A stretch of 46,101 bases of DNA from a virus (Duplodnaviria > Caudoviricetes), in IMG/VR virus record IMGVR_UViG_3300037448_000006, positions 1 through 46,101 of that record; one strand, given 5' to 3'. Position 1 is the stretch's first letter, and every line of letters starts with the position of its first letter. Below are positions 7,676 to 15,482 of the stretch, piece by piece. A program made the translations under genes and the position numbers. Below the pieces are notes generated by a model, which saw only the letters and a program-made list of their open reading frames with translations, was not told the origin of the DNA and did not search any database.

Positions 7676-7860
7676 TGCAGATCGCGTTCAACATCATCGC
7701 CCTGATCCTGTTCGGTGGGCTCGCCGGTGCGAACGCCGTCCTCCGCGTGAAGGTGGAGTTGGCACTCGACCACATGGCCTGGCAGGAGAAGCGAATCAGC
7801 AGACTGGAGGAGCGCTTCCCGCTCAAGCCCGAGGAGGTCTCCAAGTACTGCGGTGACTGA
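7675..7860 (+). CDS. small membrane protein
   Basis: N-terminal TM helix plus RISRLEE coiled segment, similar to the upstream peptide. Confidence 0.75.
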   Translation: MQIAFNIIALILFGGLAGANAVLRVKVELALDHMAWQEKRISRLEERFPLKPEEVSKYCGD

Positions 7861-7871
7861 GGGGTGAAGGA

Positions 7872-7899
7872 GGAGCCAGGGCCGAAGGGCCCTGGCTCC
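7872..7899. terminator. Hairpin between convergent units
   Basis: GGAGCCAGGGCC-GAAG-GGCCCTGGCTCC, 12-bp stem. Confidence 0.75.
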
Positions 7900-7909
7900 G
7901 ATTGGCCTG

Positions 7910-8284
7910 TCAGTCCATCCAGCGACCGTGGGGAGTGAAGGTGCGCGGCGCGGCGAACTTGGTGAACTGCACGGTGATGGTCTGCTGGCCGTGAATGGTG
8001 GTGGACGACTCGTGGGAGGTCACCCGCACGCCGTGAGTACGCTCCAGCTTGCCCAGCTCCCGGGTCAGGGCTTCCACCAGGCCGCGAGCCTGGATCTGCT
8101 TCTCAGCGGCAGCCTTCTCGGCCTGCCGCTTGGCGTGATCCCTGGCGATCTGCTCCTCCCGCTCCCGCTTCTCGCGCTGAACGGCGGCGTACTTGATCTT
8201 CTCCAGGTTCGCTTGAGCCTCGGTCGCCTGCTGCTTCCAGTGGCTGCGGTTCGCCCGCTCTTCGTCGGTGTACTTCGGGTCCAT
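7910..8284 (-). CDS. hypothetical coiled-coil protein
   Basis: GGAG RBS, coupled to the sigma gene. Confidence 0.8.
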   Translation of the reverse strand: MDPKYTDEERANRSHWKQQATEAQANLEKIKYAAVQREKREREEQIARDHAKRQAEKAAAEKQIQARGLVEALTRELGKLERTHGVRVTSHESSTTIHGQQTITVQFTKFAAPRTFTPHGRWMD

Positions 8285-8958
8285 CAGTAGTCTCCATGGG
8301 TGAGTGTGCGTGCTGCACTGTTGGACATGGCCTTGCGGCCCTTGCTGCGGGTGTCGAAGGGGCCGTTGACGGCCTCATAGGGGTCGCCCGGACGTGGACC
8401 CCCCAAGGCGTTCCGCACGGCGTGCACGGCCCTGTGGAGCCGCTGCCGTGCGGCTCCCTCGGAGATGCTCCACGCTTCTCCGATATCTTCCAGCCCCCAT
8501 CCCTCGCCGTAGTGCTGGCGGAGGATGTCCCGCTGGTCGGGGAGGATCTGATCCAGCGCCTTGCGCACATCCAGGATTGCGGCCAGTCGGTCACCGGTGG
8601 CGTTGGCGATCGGGGTGGCGCGGCGCTCCTGGCCGCGCCTCTCGAAGCTCTGCCAGTTCTCGTACTCGTAGACGTCGGGGAGGATCGCCCGGATCTGGTT
8701 GGGCGTGTACCACTCCTGGTCGTCGGGCGCGTATCCGGTCACTGCTGCTCGTTCCTTGATGGCGTAGGTGCGTGCTTCCTGGTTGAGGATGGATCGGATG
8801 ATCCGTTCGCCGTCCTGCCGCTGCATGTAGTCGAAGAGGCGGGGGAGGTTGGCCTGCGCGTGAGCCCAGAGCTGCTGACTCACGTCCTCCCGCGTCGCCT
8901 GCGGGTAGGCGCGGGCTGTGGCTGCTGCCACATAGCTAATGATCTTGCTGAGGTCCAC
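8284..8958 (-). CDS. phage-encoded sigma-70/ECF-like RNA polymerase sigma factor
   Basis: Region 2-like REDVSQQLW and region 4 HTH LPDQRDILRQHYGEGWGLEDIGEAWSISEGAARQRLHRA. Confidence 0.85.
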   Translation of the reverse strand: MDLSKIISYVAAATARAYPQATREDVSQQLWAHAQANLPRLFDYMQRQDGERIIRSILNQEARTYAIKERAAVTGYAPDDQEWYTPNQIRAILPDVYEYENWQSFERRGQERRATPIANATGDRLAAILDVRKALDQILPDQRDILRQHYGEGWGLEDIGEAWSISEGAARQRLHRAVHAVRNALGGPRPGDPYEAVNGPFDTRSKGRKAMSNSAARTLTHGDY

Positions 8959-9232
8959 GGTCCTCCTTCCGCTCCCAGTCAGTCTCCAGCTCGTCGATGC
9001 TTACGCCCTCATGGTGGAGGCATGTGCATCTGGGGATCACGTTCTCGTGGCACAGGTCGTGCCACCCGTTCAGGCAGGCGAGGGATGCCGACTTGTGCAG
9101 CATCCACTTGATCTGATGCCATGCTCCACTGGAGCAGCGGAAACACAGGAGGAACTCTGCCTGCTGGATCCCGTCAGTGAACTTGCACGAGAAGGTGAAG
9201 TCTTCATTTCCGCATCGCTCGCAGACGTTCAC
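8936..9232 (-). CDS. Cys/His-rich hypothetical protein
   Basis: CxxC pairs plus CLNGWHDLC...CTCLHH. Confidence 0.7.
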   Translation of the reverse strand: MNVCERCGNEDFTFSCKFTDGIQQAEFLLCFRCSSGAWHQIKWMLHKSASLACLNGWHDLCHENVIPRCTCLHHEGVSIDELETDWERKEDRGPQQDH

Positions 9233-9495
9233 TGCTCCTCCCGGTGGCAGTCACAGATGCACTTGGCATCGCAGAACTTGCAAGTGGACGGCTCCTTGTC
9301 GCCCGCCAGGCCCTTCCTGGCCTGGCAGTAGGCATGTTGTCCGTGCCGACAGCTGGTGCTCAGGTAGACGTGGATGTCGGACTTGAAGGTTTCCACCTTC
9401 GGGCGAAGCTCGGCGAGGATGCGATCCAGTTCACCGTCAAGGTCAAGGCGGCGGTAGACCTCCTGGATCCACATGCTCCAGTAGCTGTCGCTCAC
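9229..9495 (-). CDS. CxCxCH-type hypothetical protein
   Basis: YLSTSCRHGQHAYC...CKFCDAKCICDCH; GTG start overlaps the upstream stop. Confidence 0.75.
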   Translation of the reverse strand: MSDSYWSMWIQEVYRRLDLDGELDRILAELRPKVETFKSDIHVYLSTSCRHGQHAYCQARKGLAGDKEPSTCKFCDAKCICDCHREEQ

Positions 9496-10247
9496 CACAG
9501 CTCCCCGTCGTCCAGGTAGAACCGCCCCTTCTGGGCGGTGACCAGCTGCGGATGGGTGTGCTCGCCGTCCCACGTGAGGATGCCGAACGCCTGGCACCAC
9601 GTGGCGTAGTCCTCGGTGAGGTAGTCCGCCTTGGTGATGTCCATCCCGTGACCCACGTTCATGGTCCACAGGGATTGCAGGCTCTCGCCCGCGCCCTTGG
9701 CTGTGAAGTTGAGGAGCGGGGTGTGCGTGTGCCCGTAGACAAAGTTCTTCCCGTACTTCAGGACTCGGTCGAGTCCGTACTTCCCGGGAACGGTGGAGTA
9801 CCGGCCTTCGTGTCCGTGTCCTGAGAGAGTGTCGGGGAGTAGATCGTGGACCCCCATGACGACCTCCATCCCAGCGGCGTCCAGTCCTGCGAGAGAACTG
9901 AAGTCCATGGATCGCAGACTGGACAGGGCGGGAGCGTACTCGTCGATGTACTTGCGGGTTCGCTCGTCATGGTTGCTGTCCTGGAGTGTGATCTCGATGT
10001 CCCCGACGGCCCGCCGGAAGCGGGCCACGACATCAGCTGTGGTGTCGAACGCGGCTTGCAGCTGGCCGGAGTACTCTCCGGCCCTGCCCTTGACCCACCG
10101 ACCCACTTCCGTGGAGTCGGTGAGATCCCCGATGAAGTGAAGCTTGTCCGGCTTGAGGTACTCGGCCACCTTGACGAGCTTCGTCGTGAACTCTGCGTCA
10201 TGCAGAGGGATCTGGAGATCGGGGATCACCAGTACAGTGGTGCTCAT
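9492..10247 (-). CDS. calcineurin-like metallophosphoesterase
   Basis: Motifs IPDLQ, IGDLTD, SNHD, GHGH, YGHTH; AAGGAG RBS. Confidence 0.92.
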   Translation of the reverse strand: MSTTVLVIPDLQIPLHDAEFTTKLVKVAEYLKPDKLHFIGDLTDSTEVGRWVKGRAGEYSGQLQAAFDTTADVVARFRRAVGDIEITLQDSNHDERTRKYIDEYAPALSSLRSMDFSSLAGLDAAGMEVVMGVHDLLPDTLSGHGHEGRYSTVPGKYGLDRVLKYGKNFVYGHTHTPLLNFTAKGAGESLQSLWTMNVGHGMDITKADYLTEDYATWCQAFGILTWDGEHTHPQLVTAQKGRFYLDDGELW

Positions 10248-10296
10248 GGTCTCTCCTTAACTTCGTTAAGGAAGATCGTAACACGAAGGAGGAGTG

Positions 10297-10416
10297 ATGG
10301 GACGCGTACTGTTCGACGCATGCTGGAAGGGTTGGCACGAGATCTGTCCGGGCGTGGACGATCCGGAGTGCTGCGAGTGCACCTGCGAGTGCCACGGGAA
10401 GAAGGAGGAGAAGTGA
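10297..10416 (+). CDS. CxCxCH microprotein (39 aa)
   Basis: AAGGAGGAG RBS; MGRVLFDACWKGWHEICPGVDDPECCECTCECHGKKEEK. Confidence 0.75.
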   Translation: MGRVLFDACWKGWHEICPGVDDPECCECTCECHGKKEEK

Positions 10417-10538
10417 GAGAGTCCGACGTGTCCCTCGACTGCAAGAGGGGTGACCATACTCTCTGCCAGGCCGCCTGCTGCGACCCTGACCCCTGCTGGG
10501 TGTGCCCCTGTGACTGTCACAAGGAGAAGGAGAACTGA
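10413..10538 (+). CDS. CxCxCH microprotein (41 aa)
   Basis: MRESDVSLDCKRGDHTLCQAACCDPDPCWVCPCDCHKEKEN; AGGAGGAG RBS. Confidence 0.75.
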   Translation: MRESDVSLDCKRGDHTLCQAACCDPDPCWVCPCDCHKEKEN

Positions 10539-10714
10539 TGGCGAGCGGAAGCGTCAAGAAGACCGTCACCGTCACGGTGACGCTGGACCTGGAAGAGCTG
10601 ATCATCACGGCGAACGCGCTGGCCAGCTACGTCGACGCGCCTGCGTGGACCAGGGACAGCGAAGTGATGGACATGCGGGACTTCTGGTCCGACCTCGTGG
10701 AAGACGCGAAGTGA
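10538..10714 (+). CDS. hypothetical protein (58 aa)
   Basis: AAGGAG RBS; MASGSVKKTVTVTVTLDLEE... Confidence 0.75.
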   Translation: MASGSVKKTVTVTVTLDLEELIITANALASYVDAPAWTRDSEVMDMRDFWSDLVEDAK

Positions 10715-10878
10715 GCATCAAGAGGACATACACCTGCGGTCGCTGCGACGGCGAGGTGGCGGACATGAAGACGGCCCGCTTCATGGCGGGCCGCTACTGG
10801 CACTTCGAGTGCCCGGACCAGGCGAAGGACCGTGCCTGGCGGGAGATCCTGCGCGAGGCCGAGAGGGGCAAGCTGTGA
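10711..10878 (+). CDS. small Zn-finger-like protein
   Basis: YTCGRC...WHFEC; GTGA overlap. Confidence 0.7.
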   Translation: MSIKRTYTCGRCDGEVADMKTARFMAGRYWHFECPDQAKDRAWREILREAERGKL

Positions 10879-11186
10879 GTGAACGCAAGTACGTCTTCCA
10901 CCCGTGCCACCAGCGGCGGCACTCCGGCTGCTCGGCATCCTATCGGGACAGCTACGGAAGTCCCTTCACCTGCTCATGCACATGTCACAACAACAGCGAG
11001 AAGAGTGAGTCCGTAAGCTTCGAGATCAAGACCAGCACCAAGGTGACCGGCGTTACGGTGGAGCTGACGCCGGAGGCTGCCCGGGAGACGTTCGCCGCTG
11101 TCAAGGCGTACTGGGTGGAAGACGCCCCCGTCCACCTCCAGTGGAAGCGCGTCGACGACGCGCTCAACAAGGCCGAGGGCGAGTGA
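10875..11186 (+). CDS. CxCxCH-domain fusion protein
   Basis: CHQRRHSGC...CSCTCH followed by a KTSTKVTGVTVELT segment. Confidence 0.75.
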   Translation: MSERKYVFHPCHQRRHSGCSASYRDSYGSPFTCSCTCHNNSEKSESVSFEIKTSTKVTGVTVELTPEAARETFAAVKAYWVEDAPVHLQWKRVDDALNKAEGE

Positions 11187-11389
11187 GCCGCCTCGACTAC
11201 CGCTCCGTCTCGGGGTGCCGCTTCTGCGGCCTCCCCGAGCAGGGCCACTACCGGATGTACGACCATCCCGGCTGGACTCCGCCGACCATGGACCAGCTGA
11301 AAACCAGGATGCGCTACAGGGCCATCAGAAGGGAGCTGAGGAAGCTCATGGACCAACTGCCCAAGGGCACCAAGAGAGGCCGCCTGTGA
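11183..11389 (+). CDS. hypothetical protein
   Basis: GCRFCGLPEQGHYRMY...WTPPT...RM. Confidence 0.75.
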   Translation: MSRLDYRSVSGCRFCGLPEQGHYRMYDHPGWTPPTMDQLKTRMRYRAIRRELRKLMDQLPKGTKRGRL

Positions 11390-11601
11390 CCCCCTGGAGC
11401 CCCTTCTCGGGGGCTCCTCGCGAAGGCATCGTTCTCTCCGTCGGACAGAAGTGTTACGTGTGCGGGGGAAGCATGCCCAAGGGAGCCCGAGTAGCGGGCT
11501 CCCGGCAGGTCGGGGACGGGAGGCAGGTGCCCTCCTACCCGAAGTTCGGTGGGACGACCGGCATCCACCGCACATACCGACACCTGGACTGCCGGGAGTA
11601 A
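11386..11601 (+). CDS. small Zn-binding protein
   Basis: KCYVCG...RHLDC; GTGA overlap. Confidence 0.7.
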   Translation: MTPWSPFSGAPREGIVLSVGQKCYVCGGSMPKGARVAGSRQVGDGRQVPSYPKFGGTTGIHRTYRHLDCRE

Positions 11602-11794
11602 TCCGCTTGCACCCGTGTGCTAAGCTATCAACGTGAGCGTGAGTGAGGGAAACGAGTGAGCGCCCCGACCGGCGGGGAAAGAGGAGCCGGGCGAAAGGGC
11701 GCAGCACACAAGGATCTCAAGTGCACGCAAGCAACAAGAGCACGCCAACGGATGGCGGCACGACTGTCGTGATCACCCCTTCCCGGTTGCGGCA

Positions 11795-11828
11795 GGCAGG
11801 AGGGCCCTTCAGGGGGCCCTCCTGCTGT
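11795..11828 (+). terminator. Hairpin/terminator in the 11602-11918 intergenic region
   Basis: GCAGGAGGGCCC-TTCAGG-GGGCCCTCCTGC. Confidence 0.65.
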
Positions 11829-11918
11829 CACTAAGTGCACTTAGCATCCTTGCGATCCCCTCCCCGTCCTGGACGTTCAGCCATCAGGGCTGAACGTCTT
11901 GCATGGAGAGGAGGTGCG

Positions 11919-12482
11919 ATGAGTGGTTCCGGTGAACAAGTGGACTGGAGGCAGTTTGCCTCCTGTGCAGGAAAGGACCCGACCCTCTGGGAGTCGGGTC
12001 CCTGGAGTGTTCAGCAGATGGAGAAGCTGTCGATAGCGAAGGGTATCTGCGATCGCTGCCCCGTATCAGCCGAGTGCCTGAAATCCGCCACTGCGGCGGA
12101 TCTCGTGGATGTCATGCGGGGTGGAGTCTTCCCTACAGGGCAAAACGTGGCAGGCTCCGGAAAGCCTGCGATCTTCGGTCCGAGGAACATGCTCACCAAG
12201 GGCGCGTGTCCCGCTGGACACCAGATCGGATCCCTTGCCGACATGTACCCCAGTGGGGAGTGCAAGAAGTGCAGCAACGAGCGGCAGGCTACCCGCAGAA
12301 GTCAGGAGAAGACGGAGCGTAAGCCGAGGAAGCTTCGGACGCACTGTAAGCAGGGGCACGCTCTAGTCGGGGAGAACATCCTCAATCCGGTCAAGAATAC
12401 GTGCCGTACATGTCACAACGCCAGGAAGCGAAGGGCGCGGAAGCAGGGGAAGTCACCCCAGCAGGCTAAGATCCCTGTATGA
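11919..12482 (+). CDS. whiB: WhiB-family regulator fused to two C-terminal Zn modules
   Basis: DWRQFASC...AKGICDRCPVSAEC (four Cys), then CPAGH..CKKC and THCKQGH..CRTC; GGAGG RBS. Confidence 0.85.
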   Translation: MSGSGEQVDWRQFASCAGKDPTLWESGPWSVQQMEKLSIAKGICDRCPVSAECLKSATAADLVDVMRGGVFPTGQNVAGSGKPAIFGPRNMLTKGACPAGHQIGSLADMYPSGECKKCSNERQATRRSQEKTERKPRKLRTHCKQGHALVGENILNPVKNTCRTCHNARKRRARKQGKSPQQAKIPV

Positions 12483-13285
12483 CACCAGATCATCTGAGCT
12501 ACAGTGCTCTGAGCGCATACCAGAAGTGCCCCCGCGCCTACCAGCTCGGGCGCATCCTCCGGGCGCCCGAGGTTCCCGCCTGGTACTTCGCCACGGGAAC
12601 CGCTGTACACCGGTTCGTGGAGGATCACCTGAAGGGTGAGGCCCACAAGGACACGGTGGAGTTCTACTTCCTTGAGGAAGTGGAGAAGTACATGGAGATC
12701 GAACCGGACACCCGCAAGTGGGCTCATGCCGGATCCAAGGAGGATCCGGTCATCGAGGAGAAGGCACTCCGTCTCGCGCAGGAATGCGCCGAGCGGGCCA
12801 TCGCTCTGCTGGACGACATCGACGTGTGGGAAGTCGAACTCGACGTCACGGGGATGCTCCCCGGGTGTCCTCTCCCCGTCATGGGGTTCGTGGACATCGT
12901 GGGTGAGCACAAGAAGCACGGCCCGATCATCGGGGACTGGAAGACGGGGAAGAGCAAGCCGAAGGATGCTCTCCAGCTGGAGACGTACGGCGCGCTGATG
13001 CGTGGAGGCACTGGAGTCCACTACAGCCAGGACTTCAAGGGCCTCTGGCTCATGGTCAATCCGGGCGCCCCGAAGGCGCCCCGGCCCATCGTTCTCAAGG
13101 AGACTCCGGTCACCATGGGGAACGCCTACGGCGACATGGCGCGGTCTCTGGCGAAGGGTGGGTTCCCCGCTCGGGTCAAGCAGTGGGAGTGCAACCACTG
13201 CCACCAGCAGCCCAACTGCATCATGGGTGGCAAGCCGACCGAGCGGTCCAAGTACTACGAGAAGTTGAGGAAGGAGTCCGAGTGA
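12479..13285 (+). CDS. Cas4/RecB-like PD-(D/E)XK exonuclease
   Basis: LSYS..CP, GTAVH, GFVD, DWKTG, QLETY and C-terminal CNHC..C. Confidence 0.92.
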   Translation: MTPDHLSYSALSAYQKCPRAYQLGRILRAPEVPAWYFATGTAVHRFVEDHLKGEAHKDTVEFYFLEEVEKYMEIEPDTRKWAHAGSKEDPVIEEKALRLAQECAERAIALLDDIDVWEVELDVTGMLPGCPLPVMGFVDIVGEHKKHGPIIGDWKTGKSKPKDALQLETYGALMRGGTGVHYSQDFKGLWLMVNPGAPKAPRPIVLKETPVTMGNAYGDMARSLAKGGFPARVKQWECNHCHQQPNCIMGGKPTERSKYYEKLRKESE

Positions 13286-13500
13286 GTGCGGGGCGCAGCA
13301 ACTATCGCAAGCTGAAGAAGCTCATCGGCCGCAAGTGGGACGATGTCGCCGAGGGCGGCATCGGCGGATGGACCGAAGAGCCCACCGAGAATGAGATCAA
13401 CCGACTGGAGCAGTTCCTCGACAGTCGCAACTTCAGGGAGGGGCGTCTCTCGGTGGCCAAGCTTCGCGTCAGGCGGGACTGGAAGGGAGCGAGCAAGTGA
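13282..13500 (+). CDS. hypothetical protein
   Basis: AAGGAG RBS, GTGA overlaps. Confidence 0.75.
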   Translation: MSAGRSNYRKLKKLIGRKWDDVAEGGIGGWTEEPTENEINRLEQFLDSRNFREGRLSVAKLRVRRDWKGASK

Positions 13501-14045
13501 GTATCGAAGCCGAGTTCATCGTCCAGACGGAGCCGTTCCAGCACGTCAAGGTGACCCTGTCGGACAAGGATCTGATCTCCGCTCTCGTGAAGAGCGCCCC
13601 GGACCTCCCGTTCGGGGAGGCGCTGGGCGACTACTGGGCCAGCCTCAGGGCGGCCGTTCTCTACGGCCGCGACAAGGCGCTCGAAGCGGTGGCCAAGGCG
13701 GAGCCTCCGGTCCGGGACGAGCCCTTCGCGTCGACTCAGGAGTACATGGAGTCGAGCATCGCCGAGCTGGCGGCGCAGGACAGTGCCGAGTTCCACGACG
13801 CACAAGATGCCACCGAGGAGGCCCTGGAAGGGGCCTCTGAGCTTCTCCAGCGCGAGCTTGGGGCAACCGTCCTGGAGGTCACCGAGAAGCCGCAGAAGGG
13901 GCCCTCCAGCCCCTCCACGGACCGCCCCTGGAAGAGCAAGCCCAAGGCCAAGAAGCAGCGGCCGTGGGAGGAGGGGGCTCCGGCCACCAAGCCGGAGCCT
14001 GCCAAGACCGACAAGCGGGACGTCGCTGACGACTGGGGGTTCTAG
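13497..14045 (+). CDS. hypothetical protein with acidic-aromatic C-terminus
   Basis: 182 aa ending DVADDWGF; downstream of the exonuclease. Confidence 0.8.
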   Translation: MSIEAEFIVQTEPFQHVKVTLSDKDLISALVKSAPDLPFGEALGDYWASLRAAVLYGRDKALEAVAKAEPPVRDEPFASTQEYMESSIAELAAQDSAEFHDAQDATEEALEGASELLQRELGATVLEVTEKPQKGPSSPSTDRPWKSKPKAKKQRPWEEGAPATKPEPAKTDKRDVADDWGF

Positions 14046-14230
14046 TGCGCGATCCCCGCGAACTGGCCAGGCTCCTGTGCGAGCAGATTATCGAGAGCTG
14101 GGTGCACGACACGATCCAGGGGTTCCTCGGCGAGGCCCTGGACGGTGAGCGCCCCTCGCGAGAGCTGTACGACAAGGTCTACGATCTCGCGCTGTCCGCC
14201 ATCATCACCATCCCCGAAGAGGGGCAGTAG
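14045..14230 (+). CDS. hypothetical protein
   Basis: Coupled ORF, 61 aa. Confidence 0.7.
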   Translation: MRDPRELARLLCEQIIESWVHDTIQGFLGEALDGERPSRELYDKVYDLALSAIITIPEEGQ

Positions 14231-14757
14231 TGCCCATCGACTGGGATAAGATCAAAGAGATCATGCAGGCACGAGAAGAGGGAACGTACAAGATGCCCAT
14301 CGACCCGAAGTACGCCGCCGTCATCGAGAAGAACAAGAAGAAGAACAGCGGCGGCGGTGACTACGAGAAGCTGCCCGCCATCTGGCTGAACAACGTGGGC
14401 GACGGCTTCCGTGGCACGGTGACCCGCGTCTCCGACATCATGGAGATCGACGACAAGTACAACGAGGGCCAGAAGAAGGACGTCCAGTTCGTCGACCTCA
14501 AGGACGTCACCCTGCGTCGGCTGGATGCCGACAAGGGTGAGTTCGTGGAGACGCCGATGGAGGCGGGTACTTTCATGCTCTCCAAGGGTGGCCACTTCGA
14601 GGCCGTGTATCAGGCGCTCGTCGACCTGAACAGTGAGGCTGAGGGTGACGGCTTCTCCGACATTCCGGTGAGCGGCATGTTCGCCATGCGGCGACTCGCC
14701 AACGACGACAAGCGCCACGTGTTCTCCGCCAAGGTGACCAGCGGCGTCCCGTTCTAG
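14230..14757 (+). CDS. putative single-stranded DNA-binding protein
   Basis: VGDGFRGTVT OB-fold-like segment, C-terminal PF, replication context. Confidence 0.65.
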   Translation: MPIDWDKIKEIMQAREEGTYKMPIDPKYAAVIEKNKKKNSGGGDYEKLPAIWLNNVGDGFRGTVTRVSDIMEIDDKYNEGQKKDVQFVDLKDVTLRRLDADKGEFVETPMEAGTFMLSKGGHFEAVYQALVDLNSEAEGDGFSDIPVSGMFAMRRLANDDKRHVFSAKVTSGVPF

Positions 14758-14850
14758 CAGTGATCGAGAGGGGCGGGGTGTCGCGTTGAACGCGGCGGCA
14801 CTCAAACGAGACGGCTTAGCAGTCCGCCCGCCCCTTCATCTGGAGGAATC

Positions 14851-15036
14851 GTGATCAAGAAGAGCAAGCGCGTTCAGCTGGAGTTCAACGGATCGTCCTT
14901 CACCTTCGGGCAGCTCCAGGACTTCTTCTACGCCTGTCTGGCACTCGACCCCGAAGACCGGACAGAGGTCCAGCTCGTCATCTCCATCATGGACTGCCGT
15001 ACCGGTGTGCTCTGCATGGACAAGGAGGACGAGTGA
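14851..15036 (+). CDS. hypothetical protein
   Basis: GGAGG RBS. Confidence 0.75.
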   Translation: MIKKSKRVQLEFNGSSFTFGQLQDFFYACLALDPEDRTEVQLVISIMDCRTGVLCMDKEDE

Positions 15037-15182
15037 AGGCCGAAGTCAGGACCGTCAAGACGTACACCGTCGAGCTGACCGAGGAGGAGTATCGGATCAT
15101 CTCTTACGCGCTTGCGCTGACCGAGGACCTCGATATGCCTGGTGCGGAAGCGCTATACGACGCATGGACGGAGGTCGAGTGA
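15033..15182 (+). CDS. hypothetical protein (49 aa)
   Basis: AAGGAGG RBS; MKAEVRTVKTYTVELTEEE... Confidence 0.7.
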   Translation: MKAEVRTVKTYTVELTEEEYRIISYALALTEDLDMPGAEALYDAWTEVE

Positions 15183-15352
15183 ACGGCAGCTTCGAGGATG
15201 GCCAGGTGGTCATCCGCATGAGCAAGGCGGAAGCCGATCGCCTCACTTGCGAACTGTTCTACACGATCGATTACAGGCCCGAGGAGAACCCGGAGTACGC
15301 CGCTCTCGAGTCGGCCCTGCACAAGGCGCTGGACGGGAGCTGGGGTGCGTAG
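15179..15352 (+). CDS. hypothetical protein
   Basis: GGAGG RBS, GTGA overlap. Confidence 0.7.
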   Translation: MNGSFEDGQVVIRMSKAEADRLTCELFYTIDYRPEENPEYAALESALHKALDGSWGA

Positions 15353-15482
15353 CATTCGGATCTTCGACGACGAGACCATGCGTCTGATCGCAGTCAAGAC
15401 GGAACCCGAAGTGCTGGAGCTTCTCGGGTACTACGTCGGATGGTCCGAGCTGGAAGAGTGGATCGAGGAGGGTGATGCGTAG
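15345..15482 (+). CDS. hypothetical protein (45 aa)
   Basis: Fills the gap; GGGAG RBS; MRSIRIFDDETMRLIAVKT... Confidence 0.6.
   Translation: MRSIRIFDDETMRLIAVKTEPEVLELLGYYVGWSELEEWIEEGDA

Noticed and set aside
11608-11629. Shared promoter motif TTGCACCC-N6-TAA with 29666-29687 (-)
   Set aside because: Only two instances, and the second is explained as part of an RNA hairpin.
12479-13285. CRISPR-Cas system (Cas4-like gene)
   Set aside because: No repeat-spacer array or other cas genes; stand-alone Cas4/RecB-like nucleases are common in phage replication modules.
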